A DNA stretch of 64,000 nucleotides from Candidatus Sericytochromatia bacterium. GTDB taxonomy: Bacteria > Cyanobacteriota > Sericytochromatia > UBA7694. Positions 19,725 through 29,715 of this stretch are shown here, piece by piece (the first letter of the stretch is position 1; every line of letters begins with the position of its first letter). The notes under the pieces are model-generated. The model ran no database searches. It saw nothing but the letters and a program-made list of their open reading frames with translations, and was not told where the DNA came from. The translations under genes and the position numbers were made by a program. The stretch spans positions 10,470 to 74,469 of the forward strand of contig JBFWRL010000005.1 of assembly GCA_050248915.1 (NCBI GenBank), in the 5' to 3' direction.

Positions 19725-20321
19725 ATGAGTATTTCTGCTGAAATGGTAAAAACCCTGCGTGAAAAAACCGGGGTAGGAATGATGGAATGCAAAAAAGCAT
19801 TGCTCGAAACCGAAGGTGATCTGGAAAAAGCCCAGGAATATCTGCGCAAGAAAGGGCTGGCCGACGCGGCCAAGCGGGGGGATCGCACCACCGCTGAAGG
19901 CCTGATCGAAGCCTATATTCACATGGGTGGCCAGATTGGCGTGATGCTGGAATTAAATTGTGAGACCGACTTCGTCGCTCGCAACGACAATTTTAAAGCC
20001 CTCGCCAAAGATATCGCCATGCATATCGCTGCCAGCAACCCCCTGTATGTCAGCAAAGAAGAAGTCCCAGCCGATCTGGTCACCAAAGAAAAAGAAATTC
20101 TGATGGCCCAGCCCGATATGGCTTCCAAGCCCGAAAATGTGCGTGAAAAGATTATCGAAGGCCGGATCGAGAAATTCTATGAGCAAATTTGCTTATTGAA
20201 CCAGCCTTTCGTCAAAGATCCTTCCCTGAAAATTGGCGATCTGGTCAACAAATCCATTTCGACCATCGGTGAAAAGATCCTGGTGAAACGCTTTACCCGT
20301 TTCTCCGTTGGCGAGAACTAA
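19725..20321 (+). CDS. tsf: Elongation factor Ts (short 198-aa form)
   Basis: [16 protein letters not shown] and NCETDFVA. Confidence 0.98.
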   Translation: MSISAEMVKTLREKTGVGMMECKKALLETEGDLEKAQEYLRKKGLADAAKRGDRTTAEGLIEAYIHMGGQIGVMLELNCETDFVARNDNFKALAKDIAMHIAASNPLYVSKEEVPADLVTKEKEILMAQPDMASKPENVREKIIEGRIEKFYEQICLLNQPFVKDPSLKIGDLVNKSISTIGEKILVKRFTRFSVGEN

Positions 20322-20326
20322 ACCCC

Positions 20327-21097
20327 ATGCCCACTCCTGCGTCTGATCTGACAGCAAGCCCGGCCACCGTGTCTGGCAAACCCGTGTTTAAACGGGTCCT
20401 GATCAAACTGAGTGGCGAGGCCCTGATGGGAAACCGGGGCTACGGAATTGACCCTGCGGTGGTTCGTTCCGTGGCCCTCCAAATCAGAGCTGTTGTCTCT
20501 CATGGAGTGGGTGTCTCCGTGGTGGTGGGAGGTGGCAACATCTTCCGCGGGCTCGCTGGCAGCGCAGCTGGCATGGACCGCACCACGGCGGACACGGTGG
20601 GCATGCTTGCAACCGTTATGAATGCATTGACCTTGCAAGACTCCCTCGAAAAAGAAGGCATTATCACCCGCGTGCAGACAGCCATTGAAATGAGCAAGGT
20701 TGCCGAGCCGTTCATTCGCCGCAAGGCCATTCGGCACCTCGAAAAGGGCCGCGTCGTGATCTTTGCAGCAGGCACCGGCAATCCGTATTTTTCAACAGAT
20801 ACCGGAGCAGCCCTGCGCGCAGCAGAAATCAATGCCGACGTCATTTTTAAAGCCACCAAAGTCGATGGGGTCTATACCAGTGATCCCGTCACCAATCCCG
20901 ATGCCGTGCGTTATACCCAGATCTCGTATATGGACGTAATCAAACAGGGCATCAAAGTTATGGACACCACAGCCATCTCTCTTTGCATGGAAAACAGTAT
21001 TCCCATTCTGGTTTTCAGACTTGAAGACGAAAATATGGAACGTGCCATTATGGGTGAACCTGTTGGCACCTTGGTAGGAGGAAAAGAAAATGAGTGA
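20327..21097 (+). CDS. pyrH: UMP kinase
   Basis: [25 protein letters not shown] and VMDTTA. Confidence 0.98.
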   Translation: MPTPASDLTASPATVSGKPVFKRVLIKLSGEALMGNRGYGIDPAVVRSVALQIRAVVSHGVGVSVVVGGGNIFRGLAGSAAGMDRTTADTVGMLATVMNALTLQDSLEKEGIITRVQTAIEMSKVAEPFIRRKAIRHLEKGRVVIFAAGTGNPYFSTDTGAALRAAEINADVIFKATKVDGVYTSDPVTNPDAVRYTQISYMDVIKQGIKVMDTTAISLCMENSIPILVFRLEDENMERAIMGEPVGTLVGGKENE

Positions 21098-21668
21098 AGA
21101 TCTTGAAGAAGAAGCCCTTTCAATTCAATTAGAAGCCGAAGAAAAAATGGAGAAATCCATTCAGAGTATTCGGATTGAGTTTCAATCGATTCGGACCGGC
21201 CGGGCCAATCCAGCCTTGCTCAACCGCATTCACGTGGAGTATTATGGCGCACCGACGCCCCTGCAACAATTGGCCTCTATTTCGGTGCCTGAACCCCGAA
21301 TGCTGGTGATACAACCCTTCGACAAAAGTGCCTTGCAAGAGATCGACAAAGCCATTCAAAAGTCGGATTTGGGCATTGCTCCCAACAACGATGGCAAAGT
21401 CATTCGTCTGAATATACCACCTTTAACCGAAGAGCGCCGCCGGGACTTTGTCAAATTGGCAAAAAAGATCGCAGAAGAGGGCAAAGTGGCTGTGCGCAAT
21501 GTGCGCCGCGATGCCAACGACCAGATCAAAAAGCTCGAAAAAGACAAACACCTGCCCCAGGATCAATCTAAAGACTATCAAGAGCAATTGCAAAAATTGA
21601 CCGATCGCTTTATTGATCTTTTGGATAAAGTGGCTTTGGAAAAAGAAGCAGAGATTATGGAACATTGA
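21090..21668 (+). CDS. frr: Ribosome recycling factor
   Basis: [24 protein letters not shown] and RNVRRD. Confidence 0.98.
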   Translation: MSEDLEEEALSIQLEAEEKMEKSIQSIRIEFQSIRTGRANPALLNRIHVEYYGAPTPLQQLASISVPEPRMLVIQPFDKSALQEIDKAIQKSDLGIAPNNDGKVIRLNIPPLTEERRRDFVKLAKKIAEEGKVAVRNVRRDANDQIKKLEKDKHLPQDQSKDYQEQLQKLTDRFIDLLDKVALEKEAEIMEH

Positions 21669-21672
21669 TCGC

Positions 21673-22524
21673 TTGTTATTCACCAAATTTATAAGCGGTG
21701 TCGTTGTTGGCGCCGCTATTATTCTTTCTGTTCTCTTTTTTAAGCTGGCTTGGCTCTTGATGGTGATTTTTCTCTCTGTCACGGGCACCCATGAGCTGTT
21801 TAAGATGCTGCAAAAAAAGGGCTATCGGGCCCAGTTCGTGTTGCCCGCCTTTCTCAATCTGATCATGTTGATCACCGTCTATCTCTTGGTCGACTCGGAT
21901 TTCTCCAAAATTGTCGACAATTGGAGTGTGGGACACGCCCAGGTCATCTCGCTCCTAAATATGCTGGTGATGTTCTCAGCTTTGACCTTGATCACACGCA
22001 GCCTGTTCCTCTCCCCACGGGCCTCCATTCCCGAATTGGGCCTGCCCCTATTTCAAATCGCCTATCTGGGCTGGTTTCCCACCTTTTTTATTCTGCTCAG
22101 GTCGATTCCCCAAGGGGAGTTTTTTCTGGTTTGGGGCCTCACCAGTGTGGCATTTTCAGATATTGGCGCTTATTTTGCAGGCAAATACTTGGGCAAACGC
22201 CCTTATTTTCAGCACCTCAGCCCCAATAAAACCCGCGAAGGTGCTATTGGCGGTATTATCAGCAGTGTGGGCATGGCTTTTTTCTTGGCCTGGATATTTG
22301 GCAAATGGTTGCCCATGCCCTGGTACCACACCCTGATTCTGGCCACTGGCGCGGCTTGCCTGGGTCAGGTGGGCGATCTGGTTGAATCGCTGATCAAACG
22401 CGATGCCGAGGTCAAAGATTCTGGCACCTTTATCCCTGGCCATGGCGGTATGTTGGATCGCATCGACAGCTATCTCTTGCTGGCCCCGTTTTTGTATTAT
22501 TATCTCGTCAATTTTGTGTTGTGA
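21673..22524 (+). CDS. cdsA: Phosphatidate cytidylyltransferase
   Basis: Multi-TM; SDIGAYFAG, SPNKTxEG, GDLVESLIKR...KDSG..IPGHGGMLDRIDS. Start uncertain (TTG 21673). Confidence 0.95.
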   Translation: MLFTKFISGVVVGAAIILSVLFFKLAWLLMVIFLSVTGTHELFKMLQKKGYRAQFVLPAFLNLIMLITVYLLVDSDFSKIVDNWSVGHAQVISLLNMLVMFSALTLITRSLFLSPRASIPELGLPLFQIAYLGWFPTFFILLRSIPQGEFFLVWGLTSVAFSDIGAYFAGKYLGKRPYFQHLSPNKTREGAIGGIISSVGMAFFLAWIFGKWLPMPWYHTLILATGAACLGQVGDLVESLIKRDAEVKDSGTFIPGHGGMLDRIDSYLLLAPFLYYYLVNFVL

Positions 22525-23506
22525 GTTTTTGGGGGTACGTTAAAAGCTGAGGCAGCGCCCCCAAAAATCCGCAGCCATAGGCCAAATGCAAGGTGGGAAA
22601 AATCAAAAGCAAAGCTGGAAAAAAGCGCAAAGCCGAACGGGCCTGACGCAGGGCAAAGCAGAAATCAGCAAAGAGATACAGCCCCATAATGCTTGCACAT
22701 AAATAGCCTCCCCAGCTCGTCACAGCGCTCAACAGAGCAGAACCCAATAAGCTCAGCACAAACAAAGCCGGGATCAGGTGCCGCAATTGTAAACTCTTCG
22801 GGTATTGGCGCAAGACCCGGATTTTCCAAAAGCCATATTGATAATATTGCCCCCAGAGCGCTTTGAGAGAACCACGGGTATAATAATTGGCCTGAATGCG
22901 GGGATCCAACCAAATCTTGTAACCAGCGGCACGCACGCGGTAATTGTATTCATCGTCTTGGTTGCGGGTCAGCTCTTCGTTAAAGAGTCCCACTTTTTCA
23001 ATCACCTCGCGGCGATAGGCCCCAAAAGCCAGGGTATCCACTTCACAGGCCTCGGTGGTATAGCGAAAGAGCGCATTGCCCACGCCAAAAGGCGAACTCA
23101 TGCCCAAAGCAATCGCTTGAGCCATCTGGGTTTCACCCAGATTATTCAAGCGTCCCCCGACACAGCCAGCGCCAGTCTGGGCCAAAACATCCAGACAGAG
23201 TTCCAGGTAATTTGGGGCGATCTCACAGTGGCCATCCACCCGCACAATGACGTCGCCAGAGGCCCGTTTTAAGCCAATATTCATGGCATAAGGGGCCGTT
23301 TTTTGGGGATTATCCAAAAGCACCAACTGTGGATGAGCCGCTTGGAGTTGCGCCACAAGTTCACGGGTCTGATCAGTCGACATGCCGTCAATCACCAGGA
23401 TTTCGATGTCTTCAGACGCAAGACTTTGTTTCAAAACACTGTGCAAACAGCGCTGAATATACGCCGCTTCGTTGCGAACCGGAATTAAAACACTGATGCG
23501 GCTCAA
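22508..23506 (-). CDS. Glycosyltransferase family 2 (ExoA-like)
   Basis: IPVRNE, DGMSTD, RVDGH and RNQDDE; C-terminal TMs. Confidence 0.9.
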   Translation of the reverse strand: MSRISVLIPVRNEAAYIQRCLHSVLKQSLASEDIEILVIDGMSTDQTRELVAQLQAAHPQLVLLDNPQKTAPYAMNIGLKRASGDVIVRVDGHCEIAPNYLELCLDVLAQTGAGCVGGRLNNLGETQMAQAIALGMSSPFGVGNALFRYTTEACEVDTLAFGAYRREVIEKVGLFNEELTRNQDDEYNYRVRAAGYKIWLDPRIQANYYTRGSLKALWGQYYQYGFWKIRVLRQYPKSLQLRHLIPALFVLSLLGSALLSAVTSWGGYLCASIMGLYLFADFCFALRQARSALRFFPALLLIFPTLHLAYGCGFLGALPQLLTYPQKLTTQN

Positions 23507-24375
23507 GTGTGAAAATGCTCCAAGACTAGCTTAAAAATTGAGTCGTACTCCCGCATTCGGGCTCCCCAAGCGTGAAGTGGCGCAAGGGCATTGGCTTGTT
23601 TGACCCTTTCTTCGCGGGCAGCCGGTGTTGCCAATAAAAAGTCGATTTTCTCCAGCAATTCGGTTTCATCTCGCCAGCTTTCAAAGCCATGCCCCACAAC
23701 AGGATCATAATTCTTGCCCATGTCTTCGACCAAAAAACAACTTTGGGTTGGCATCACCTCAAACAGCCGAGTCGGCAGATAGGTCTCATCAATCGCATGG
23801 ATATGTAAGCTCAAACGGGATTGATTGTAAATCAAATTGACCTGTTCAGGCCGCCAGCTCTGGCTGACAAAGAGATTGTATTTTTTCGCTTTGAGCAGAT
23901 CTAAAATTCGGGCCCGGCGAGGCGAAAGACCACCAATAAAACACAGATCGTATTGGAAAGGCACATCAAGACGTTTATAAAAATGGGCATTAAAGGCATT
24001 GTGCAAACGCTGAGCAGGCAAGTGGTGGGCTTGGCACCAATCATAGGTTTGTTGGCTGTGAGCCACCACAAAATCAGGTGGTCGTGCCCCTTCGAGCAGA
24101 TGCTGCTGCGATTGTAAATTGGCCTCTGAGGCCATATACACCAAGGGTTTATCAAAGGTTTCAAGATGGCGGGGGTCAAAGGGAATCCCATTTTGAATAA
24201 AAATCAAATCCGTTTGGGAACGGTATTTCTTCCAATCGGACTGAATTCGCCAAGGCCAACGGCTGCGAAAATTGGACTTAAAAAGAGTGTGTCCCAAGGC
24301 TTCTAAGCCTTCAGCCATGGGGTATTCCGCGCGCCATTTGCGGCCATCAAAGACCCCATAATACAAAATCTTCAC
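23503..24375 (-). CDS. CgeB-like glycosyltransferase (Glyco_trans_1_2)
   Basis: YDLCFIG...R, YNQSRLSL and TRLFE; overlaps the GT2 start by 4 nt. Confidence 0.75.
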   Translation of the reverse strand: MKILYYGVFDGRKWRAEYPMAEGLEALGHTLFKSNFRSRWPWRIQSDWKKYRSQTDLIFIQNGIPFDPRHLETFDKPLVYMASEANLQSQQHLLEGARPPDFVVAHSQQTYDWCQAHHLPAQRLHNAFNAHFYKRLDVPFQYDLCFIGGLSPRRARILDLLKAKKYNLFVSQSWRPEQVNLIYNQSRLSLHIHAIDETYLPTRLFEVMPTQSCFLVEDMGKNYDPVVGHGFESWRDETELLEKIDFLLATPAAREERVKQANALAPLHAWGARMREYDSIFKLVLEHFHT

Positions 24376-24453
24376 GGCTGTTTTCCTGTCTGAGTGGGAA
24401 TTTCTCAGAGTGTAGCATATTTTCTCTGCTCAGCCTGCGGTAAGATGTGAGTT

Positions 24454-25581
24454 ATGCGCGTTCTTGTTCTTGTTCAAGCCTATCCTTCACAGCAAAAGCC
24501 CTATAATCAAGCTTATGTTCATGCCCGCGTTCTGCATTATCTCAAACAGGGCTGGCAGATCGACGTCTTGTCGTTTGCCTGCAAAGAAAAATACACCTTT
24601 GAGGGTGTCCAGATCTGGCCTCAAAGCGCCTTAAAAAAAGGGAGTCGTCCCTACGATGTCTGGGTTTCTCATGCACCCAATTTAAGGAATCATCTGCGTT
24701 TGATTCTCCAATGGCGCAAATATTGGCAACGGCTGGTCTGGGTCGTTCACGGCCACGAAGTGCTGATCAAACACAATTATTACCCTGCCCCTTATCCCTG
24801 GCTCCCCCAACCGAGTTGGTTAAAACAAAGTGCCGATCGCGCCTATGACACTTTAAAAGTCCAAATTCTGGCACGGTTTTTGGAACATTATCTGCCCAAG
24901 CAAAAATTGCATTTGATTTTTGTCAGTCATTGGATGAAAACGGCCTTTGAAACCTGTGTACCTCTTTCATCCCCATTGACCCCAAGTCAGTTTTCAATCA
25001 TCGCCAATCCTGTACATCCCCTTTTTTTAGAAAACACCTGGGCCCCCCCTCTTTTGCCTGCCGCTGACTTTGTCACGATTCGCCCCCTGGATGAGCCCAA
25101 ATACGCTGTCGATCTGGTCTATCAATTGGCCCAAAACAACCCAAATATCCAGTTTCATCTCTATGGGCAGGGGCGTTTTTTTCAATACCACCCCCCACTG
25201 CCCAATTTAACTTGGTTTGATCGCTTTTGCACCCAAGCGGAGTTGCCTTCTTTGCTCGCAAATTACCGGGCAGCTCTGATGCCCACACGCTTAGATGCCC
25301 AAGGAGTCATGGTCTGCGAAATGGCCACGCTGGGCATCCCTGTTTTGACCAGTGATCTGCCGATTTGCCGGGAAATGTTAAAAGACTTCCCACGTACAGG
25401 GTTTTTCTCACAAGTAGAAAATACAGACATCCAGGCATTTCTCGACCGATCACAGCCAGAGCGAGGCCACTTTCTCCGTTTTTCAGCCCCAGAGACCGTT
25501 GCCAAAGAAATCCAAGTGATCGCCTCTGGCAAAGCCTGTGGTTCTGAGCAGATTGACAGTAGCGGCGTAGAGCCGCAATGA
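24454..25581 (+). CDS. Glycosyltransferase family 4 (GT-B)
   Basis: YPS..P, HGHE, FVS.WM and DAQGVMVCEM..GIPVLTSD. Confidence 0.82.
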   Translation: MRVLVLVQAYPSQQKPYNQAYVHARVLHYLKQGWQIDVLSFACKEKYTFEGVQIWPQSALKKGSRPYDVWVSHAPNLRNHLRLILQWRKYWQRLVWVVHGHEVLIKHNYYPAPYPWLPQPSWLKQSADRAYDTLKVQILARFLEHYLPKQKLHLIFVSHWMKTAFETCVPLSSPLTPSQFSIIANPVHPLFLENTWAPPLLPAADFVTIRPLDEPKYAVDLVYQLAQNNPNIQFHLYGQGRFFQYHPPLPNLTWFDRFCTQAELPSLLANYRAALMPTRLDAQGVMVCEMATLGIPVLTSDLPICREMLKDFPRTGFFSQVENTDIQAFLDRSQPERGHFLRFSAPETVAKEIQVIASGKACGSEQIDSSGVEPQ

Positions 25582-25630
25582 AGTTCTCTGTTATAATGGC
25601 TCGTGCAAAGACCATCCCCAGGTAACCCTT

Positions 25631-27862
25631 ATGGAAACAGTTTCTCTGTATCAATTGGCCCAATCTCTTGAGACACAAGCACAGTGGCCGGAAGCAAAAC
25701 TGGCCTACCGACAGTCCTGTCAGGAGCATCCTGAACCCGCCATTCCGCTCTGCCAATTGGCCCGCATTCACCGCCAATTGGGCGAATTGGAAGAGGCCCG
25801 CCAGGTTTTGATGGAAGCCCTCGAAAAAGCCCCCGAAGTGGCAGAAGTACAGTGTGAATTGGGGCTTTTGTTTTATCAGACAGGACAATTGGAATATGCC
25901 GTACCCTATTTACAACAAACCCTGCGCCTCGCCCCTCAAAACGCAGAAGCTTATTATTATTTGGGTAAAATTTTTCAACAAGAAGGGCATGAAGACAAAG
26001 CGCAACGCTTTTACCAACAGGCCCTGTTTTACCGCAAAGACTACCCCGAAGCCTTCAACGCCTTGGGAACGGTGGCTCTGATACAAGGCAGCAATACAGA
26101 GGCCTGTGACTTATTCCACCAAGCTGTCTCCCTGCGCCCAGAAATGCCGGAATACCACAAAAACCTTGGTTTGGCTCTGTTTTGGGAGGCCCAAGAAAGC
26201 CTGGCCCGAGACCATCTGCTTACAGCCATTCGTCTCAACCCACGTTTGGCCGAAGAGTACCTGCATTTGGGCGAATTTTTTGCCCGTGAACGCCAATTAA
26301 GTGCTGCCAGTGCTTTTTTTAAACTTGCTCTACGGGGCCAGGGAGTGAGCAAGGCCTTTTTGTATAACCGTTTGGGAGAGTTGGCCGAACAGACCTCTGA
26401 GCCCGAAGATGCACTTTATTATTACCAAAAAGCACTTCAGCAAAAACCCGAAGACTGGTGGCCAGAAGTGCGAGCTGCCACCCTTCTGCCCTGGATCTAT
26501 CAGAATTCAGCCGAGGTCTTGAGTTGGAATCAACGTTACAGCCAAAATCTGGACTATTTGTTTTTACAGCTGAATTACTTAAACCCAGAGAACATTCCAC
26601 CGATCACCCAATTCAGTCAAAATTTTCTTTTGGCCTACCAAGGTGTCAATAACCGTGTCTTATATGAGCGCTTGGCCCAATTCTGGCAAGTGCTTTTGCC
26701 CAAACAACCGCCTTTACTCAGGGCCAAGCCAAGATCAGGTAAAACAGGGAAGATCGGGTTCATCTCCGCCCATTTTTACAAACACCCAATCACCGAATGT
26801 TTTGGCCAATTGATCATTCAACTGGCCCAAGCGGGTTTTGATGTCAGTTGTATTCAAATCGCCACCCCTCATCAAGACAGTACCACAGCAGAGATCGCCA
26901 GTAAGGTTCAGCACTATTTCAATTTTTCATCAGAAACCCAAGTAGATAAACTCGCAGAACGCATCCGCAAAATGCAATTTGATCTGCTGATTTACCCCGA
27001 AGTTGGCTTGGAAAATCTGACTTATTTGCTCTCATTGCTGCGTTTGGCACCCATCCAAGCCGTCTTGGCAGGACACCCCGTGACCACCGGAAGCGCCACC
27101 ATTGATTATTTTATTTCCTGCTCGCTGTTTGAACCTCCCCAGGCCGAAAACCACTATGCCGAAAAGCTCTATTGTACCCAGACACCGGCAGTTACGATAC
27201 CCAAACCCATCGCCCCGCGCTCTTTGCTGTCCCGAGCAGAACTGGGCCTACCAGAAGACCGCCATATTTATTTGATCCCCGAGACATTGTTTAAGTTGCA
27301 CCCAGACTTTGATCTGCTGTTAAAAGGCATTCTCGCCAGCGATCCCAAGGGAACCGCTGTCTTGATCAAACACAAATACTATCATTGGCACCAAAAACTC
27401 TTAACGCGGTTTGAAACCAGTTTGGGTCAGCACCAAGAACAGGTCCTGTTTTTAGATTGGACCGATCAAGAGCGGTTTTTTATGCGCCTTTTACAGGCAG
27501 ATGCCGTCTTAGACAGCCTCTATTTTGGCGCAGGCACCGTGGCCTACCAAGCTCTGGGACTGGGTATTCCACTGGTCACCCTGCCGGGAGCCATGATGCG
27601 GGGACGAATCGTGGCAGGTCTCTACCATCAAATGGGCATTCGCGATTGTTGGGCCCAAAACCAGACAGAATACGTTCAGATCGCCTGTAGATTGGCCAAT
27701 CAGCCCGAATGGCGCAAAGCCATTTCCGAAAAAATCCGCGGCAAAAACGCCCGTTTGTTTCACTCAAATCCTGGCGTACAAGAATTGATCCATTTTTTCA
27801 GGACGCTTTTAAGCCCCGAATCCCCTCAGGTAGATATATTTCCTGAAAAAGATCAGGTATAA
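25631..27862 (+). CDS. TPR-repeat O-GlcNAc-transferase-like protein (GT41 family)
   Basis: TPRs followed by KIGFIS.HF..HPI, DLLIYPEVG, RLAPIQ..GHPVTTG, LFKLHP, LDS.YFGAG and GIPLVTLPG. Confidence 0.85.
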   Translation: METVSLYQLAQSLETQAQWPEAKLAYRQSCQEHPEPAIPLCQLARIHRQLGELEEARQVLMEALEKAPEVAEVQCELGLLFYQTGQLEYAVPYLQQTLRLAPQNAEAYYYLGKIFQQEGHEDKAQRFYQQALFYRKDYPEAFNALGTVALIQGSNTEACDLFHQAVSLRPEMPEYHKNLGLALFWEAQESLARDHLLTAIRLNPRLAEEYLHLGEFFARERQLSAASAFFKLALRGQGVSKAFLYNRLGELAEQTSEPEDALYYYQKALQQKPEDWWPEVRAATLLPWIYQNSAEVLSWNQRYSQNLDYLFLQLNYLNPENIPPITQFSQNFLLAYQGVNNRVLYERLAQFWQVLLPKQPPLLRAKPRSGKTGKIGFISAHFYKHPITECFGQLIIQLAQAGFDVSCIQIATPHQDSTTAEIASKVQHYFNFSSETQVDKLAERIRKMQFDLLIYPEVGLENLTYLLSLLRLAPIQAVLAGHPVTTGSATIDYFISCSLFEPPQAENHYAEKLYCTQTPAVTIPKPIAPRSLLSRAELGLPEDRHIYLIPETLFKLHPDFDLLLKGILASDPKGTAVLIKHKYYHWHQKLLTRFETSLGQHQEQVLFLDWTDQERFFMRLLQADAVLDSLYFGAGTVAYQALGLGIPLVTLPGAMMRGRIVAGLYHQMGIRDCWAQNQTEYVQIACRLANQPEWRKAISEKIRGKNARLFHSNPGVQELIHFFRTLLSPESPQVDIFPEKDQV

Positions 27863-28019
27863 TCAAAGTAATTCGGCTTTTTAAGCAGAGTTCAAAAGTT
27901 AAGCTTTCTTAAAAAAAGCTGAAACTTTTATTTAAATCTTGGTGTTTGAGACGCAAGATCCAAGCAAAAGAACCCCATAACCAGATTAAGAAACCACCAT
28001 ATCGCGGAGGGCGCAAGAA

Positions 28020-28532
28020 ATGCAAGTCAATCCATACGGACCTCAACCCCCTGTCCAAGGGCCTGGTCAGCGTCCTGGATATCCTCAGCCTGTGGTGTAT
28101 CGCCCCAATACCCCTGGTTATGGCACCCCTGATATGTATCGCCCCGGCATGCCCCCCACAGGCCCTGTAGGAGCCCCTGGGACAGCGCCTGCAAAACCTG
28201 AATATCAATATGTCGCGCCCAAAGATGTGGCATTTGGTTTGGCCGGTGCTGCAGCAGGCTTTTTCATTGGCGGCCCCATTGGTGCCCTGATCGGTGGAGC
28301 CATCGCCCTTTTCTTGAGCGCGATTATCCGCGCCGTTGCCCACTGGAAAGCCAGCAAAGAACAACCGCCCGTCCAAGGCCCTGGCCAAATGCCTGCGGCC
28401 CCCAATTATCCGGGCCAACAACAACCGGGTATGCCGAATCAGTACCAATACCAAAATCAGTACAATTATCAGCAAAATCCCAATCAGAGACCAGATCCCC
28501 GTTATCAGCAACAGCAGTACCCCCCCCGTTAA
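28020..28532 (+). CDS. Pro/Gln/Tyr-rich protein with central glycine-zipper hydrophobic hairpin
   Basis: GGAGG SD; GLAGAAAGFFIGGPIGALIGGAIALFL; followed by a terminator. Confidence 0.8.
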   Translation: MQVNPYGPQPPVQGPGQRPGYPQPVVYRPNTPGYGTPDMYRPGMPPTGPVGAPGTAPAKPEYQYVAPKDVAFGLAGAAAGFFIGGPIGALIGGAIALFLSAIIRAVAHWKASKEQPPVQGPGQMPAAPNYPGQQQPGMPNQYQYQNQYNYQQNPNQRPDPRYQQQQYPPR

Positions 28533-28555
28533 AGTCGGGCAAGATTCAACTCACA

Positions 28556-28580
28556 AAGGCCGGTGCATTTCACCGGCCTT
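28556..28580. terminator. Intrinsic terminator hairpin between convergent genes
   Basis: AAGGCCGGTG-cattt-CACCGGCCTT. Confidence 0.7.
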
Positions 28581-28631
28581 GATGGTTTTTTGGGGCTTGA
28601 GTATGTCTGTTGGGAGCGCAGCAAAAAAATC

Positions 28632-29642
28632 TTAAGAACGGCTGAGCAGATCGTAACAATTGGCAATTCGCACAGCAAAACCACGGATCAATTGCAAAGT
28701 CCAGGAGGGGTGCAATTGAAAGATCATGCGAAAATGTTCTTGGGTCAAAGCCAAGACTTTCAGTGGCTCCAAAGCTTTAATGGTAGCGGAACGGGGTTTC
28801 CCTTCAAACATCGCCATTTCTCCAAAGATATCCCCTTCGGTCAGATAAGACAGGGTATGATCCGCCCGATAGACTTCGACGCTGCCTTCCAGAATGAGAA
28901 ATAACTCATCCCCTTCATCCCCCTCGCGAAAGAGAATTTCACCCGCCGCAAAGGCCTTGCCAAAGCGCTGATAAATATCTTGAGAAATGGCCGAGACACC
29001 ATAAAAAGCCAAATTATACAGGCCATACTGGGTGTCAATGCCCAGAGAAGAGGCCTCACTACTGAGTTTAAACTGTGATCCTTGGGGCTTTTTACGCTGA
29101 ATTTGCACCAAATAGCCTTCAGCAGATTCACAATAGGGGCTTTGGGGATAAGAGTGGCGAATGCGCTCAAAATAGGCTTCAGCAACGTCGAACATGCCCC
29201 CATGAAAGTTTTCCTGCCCCAGGAGATAGAGCACGGTTGCCGCATCATGAATGCGCTCCTGTTGGTGACGCACACGAAAAGACAATTCAGCATCGACCCG
29301 CCGCTGGTGATGGCTCAGACTGGTAATCGCAGCCACAGCAAACTCAATATCTTTGCCCAGATAGAGTTCAAAGGTTTGGGGGTCCCACTCGACCCATTCT
29401 ACAGGGGTCTTGGCAAGCGCAAAAACAGGGTAACGATTTGTATACAGACATTCCAAACCAATCAAGCTTCCGGGGCCGAGGAGAATTTCCACCACCGAAC
29501 CCGTACTGGATTTACAGGTATATGCCACCTGTCCCGCAAGCAAATATGCCGGATGAATTTGCTCTGCTGGCCCCTGTGCACCGGACAACAAAAATTGCCC
29601 GGCACGAATCTGTTTATGTTGACCTTCTTGGGGGAGATGCAC
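28632..29642 (-). CDS. Protein with two cyclic-nucleotide-binding domains and a central TPR-like motif
   Basis: C-terminal LFREGDEG..FGEMAMFEGKPRSAT is intact; the N-terminal domain is degenerate; central YF..I...YPQSPY. GTG at 29642 has an AAGGAG SD; ORF is open to 29687. Confidence 0.8.
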   Translation of the reverse strand: MHLPQEGQHKQIRAGQFLLSGAQGPAEQIHPAYLLAGQVAYTCKSSTGSVVEILLGPGSLIGLECLYTNRYPVFALAKTPVEWVEWDPQTFELYLGKDIEFAVAAITSLSHHQRRVDAELSFRVRHQQERIHDAATVLYLLGQENFHGGMFDVAEAYFERIRHSYPQSPYCESAEGYLVQIQRKKPQGSQFKLSSEASSLGIDTQYGLYNLAFYGVSAISQDIYQRFGKAFAAGEILFREGDEGDELFLILEGSVEVYRADHTLSYLTEGDIFGEMAMFEGKPRSATIKALEPLKVLALTQEHFRMIFQLHPSWTLQLIRGFAVRIANCYDLLSRS

Positions 29643-29715
29643 CCACTGCTCCTTGTAAACAAGCGATAAACCGGTGAGTACACACATTTAAAGTGTGCAC
29701 TCACCTTACTCAGAC

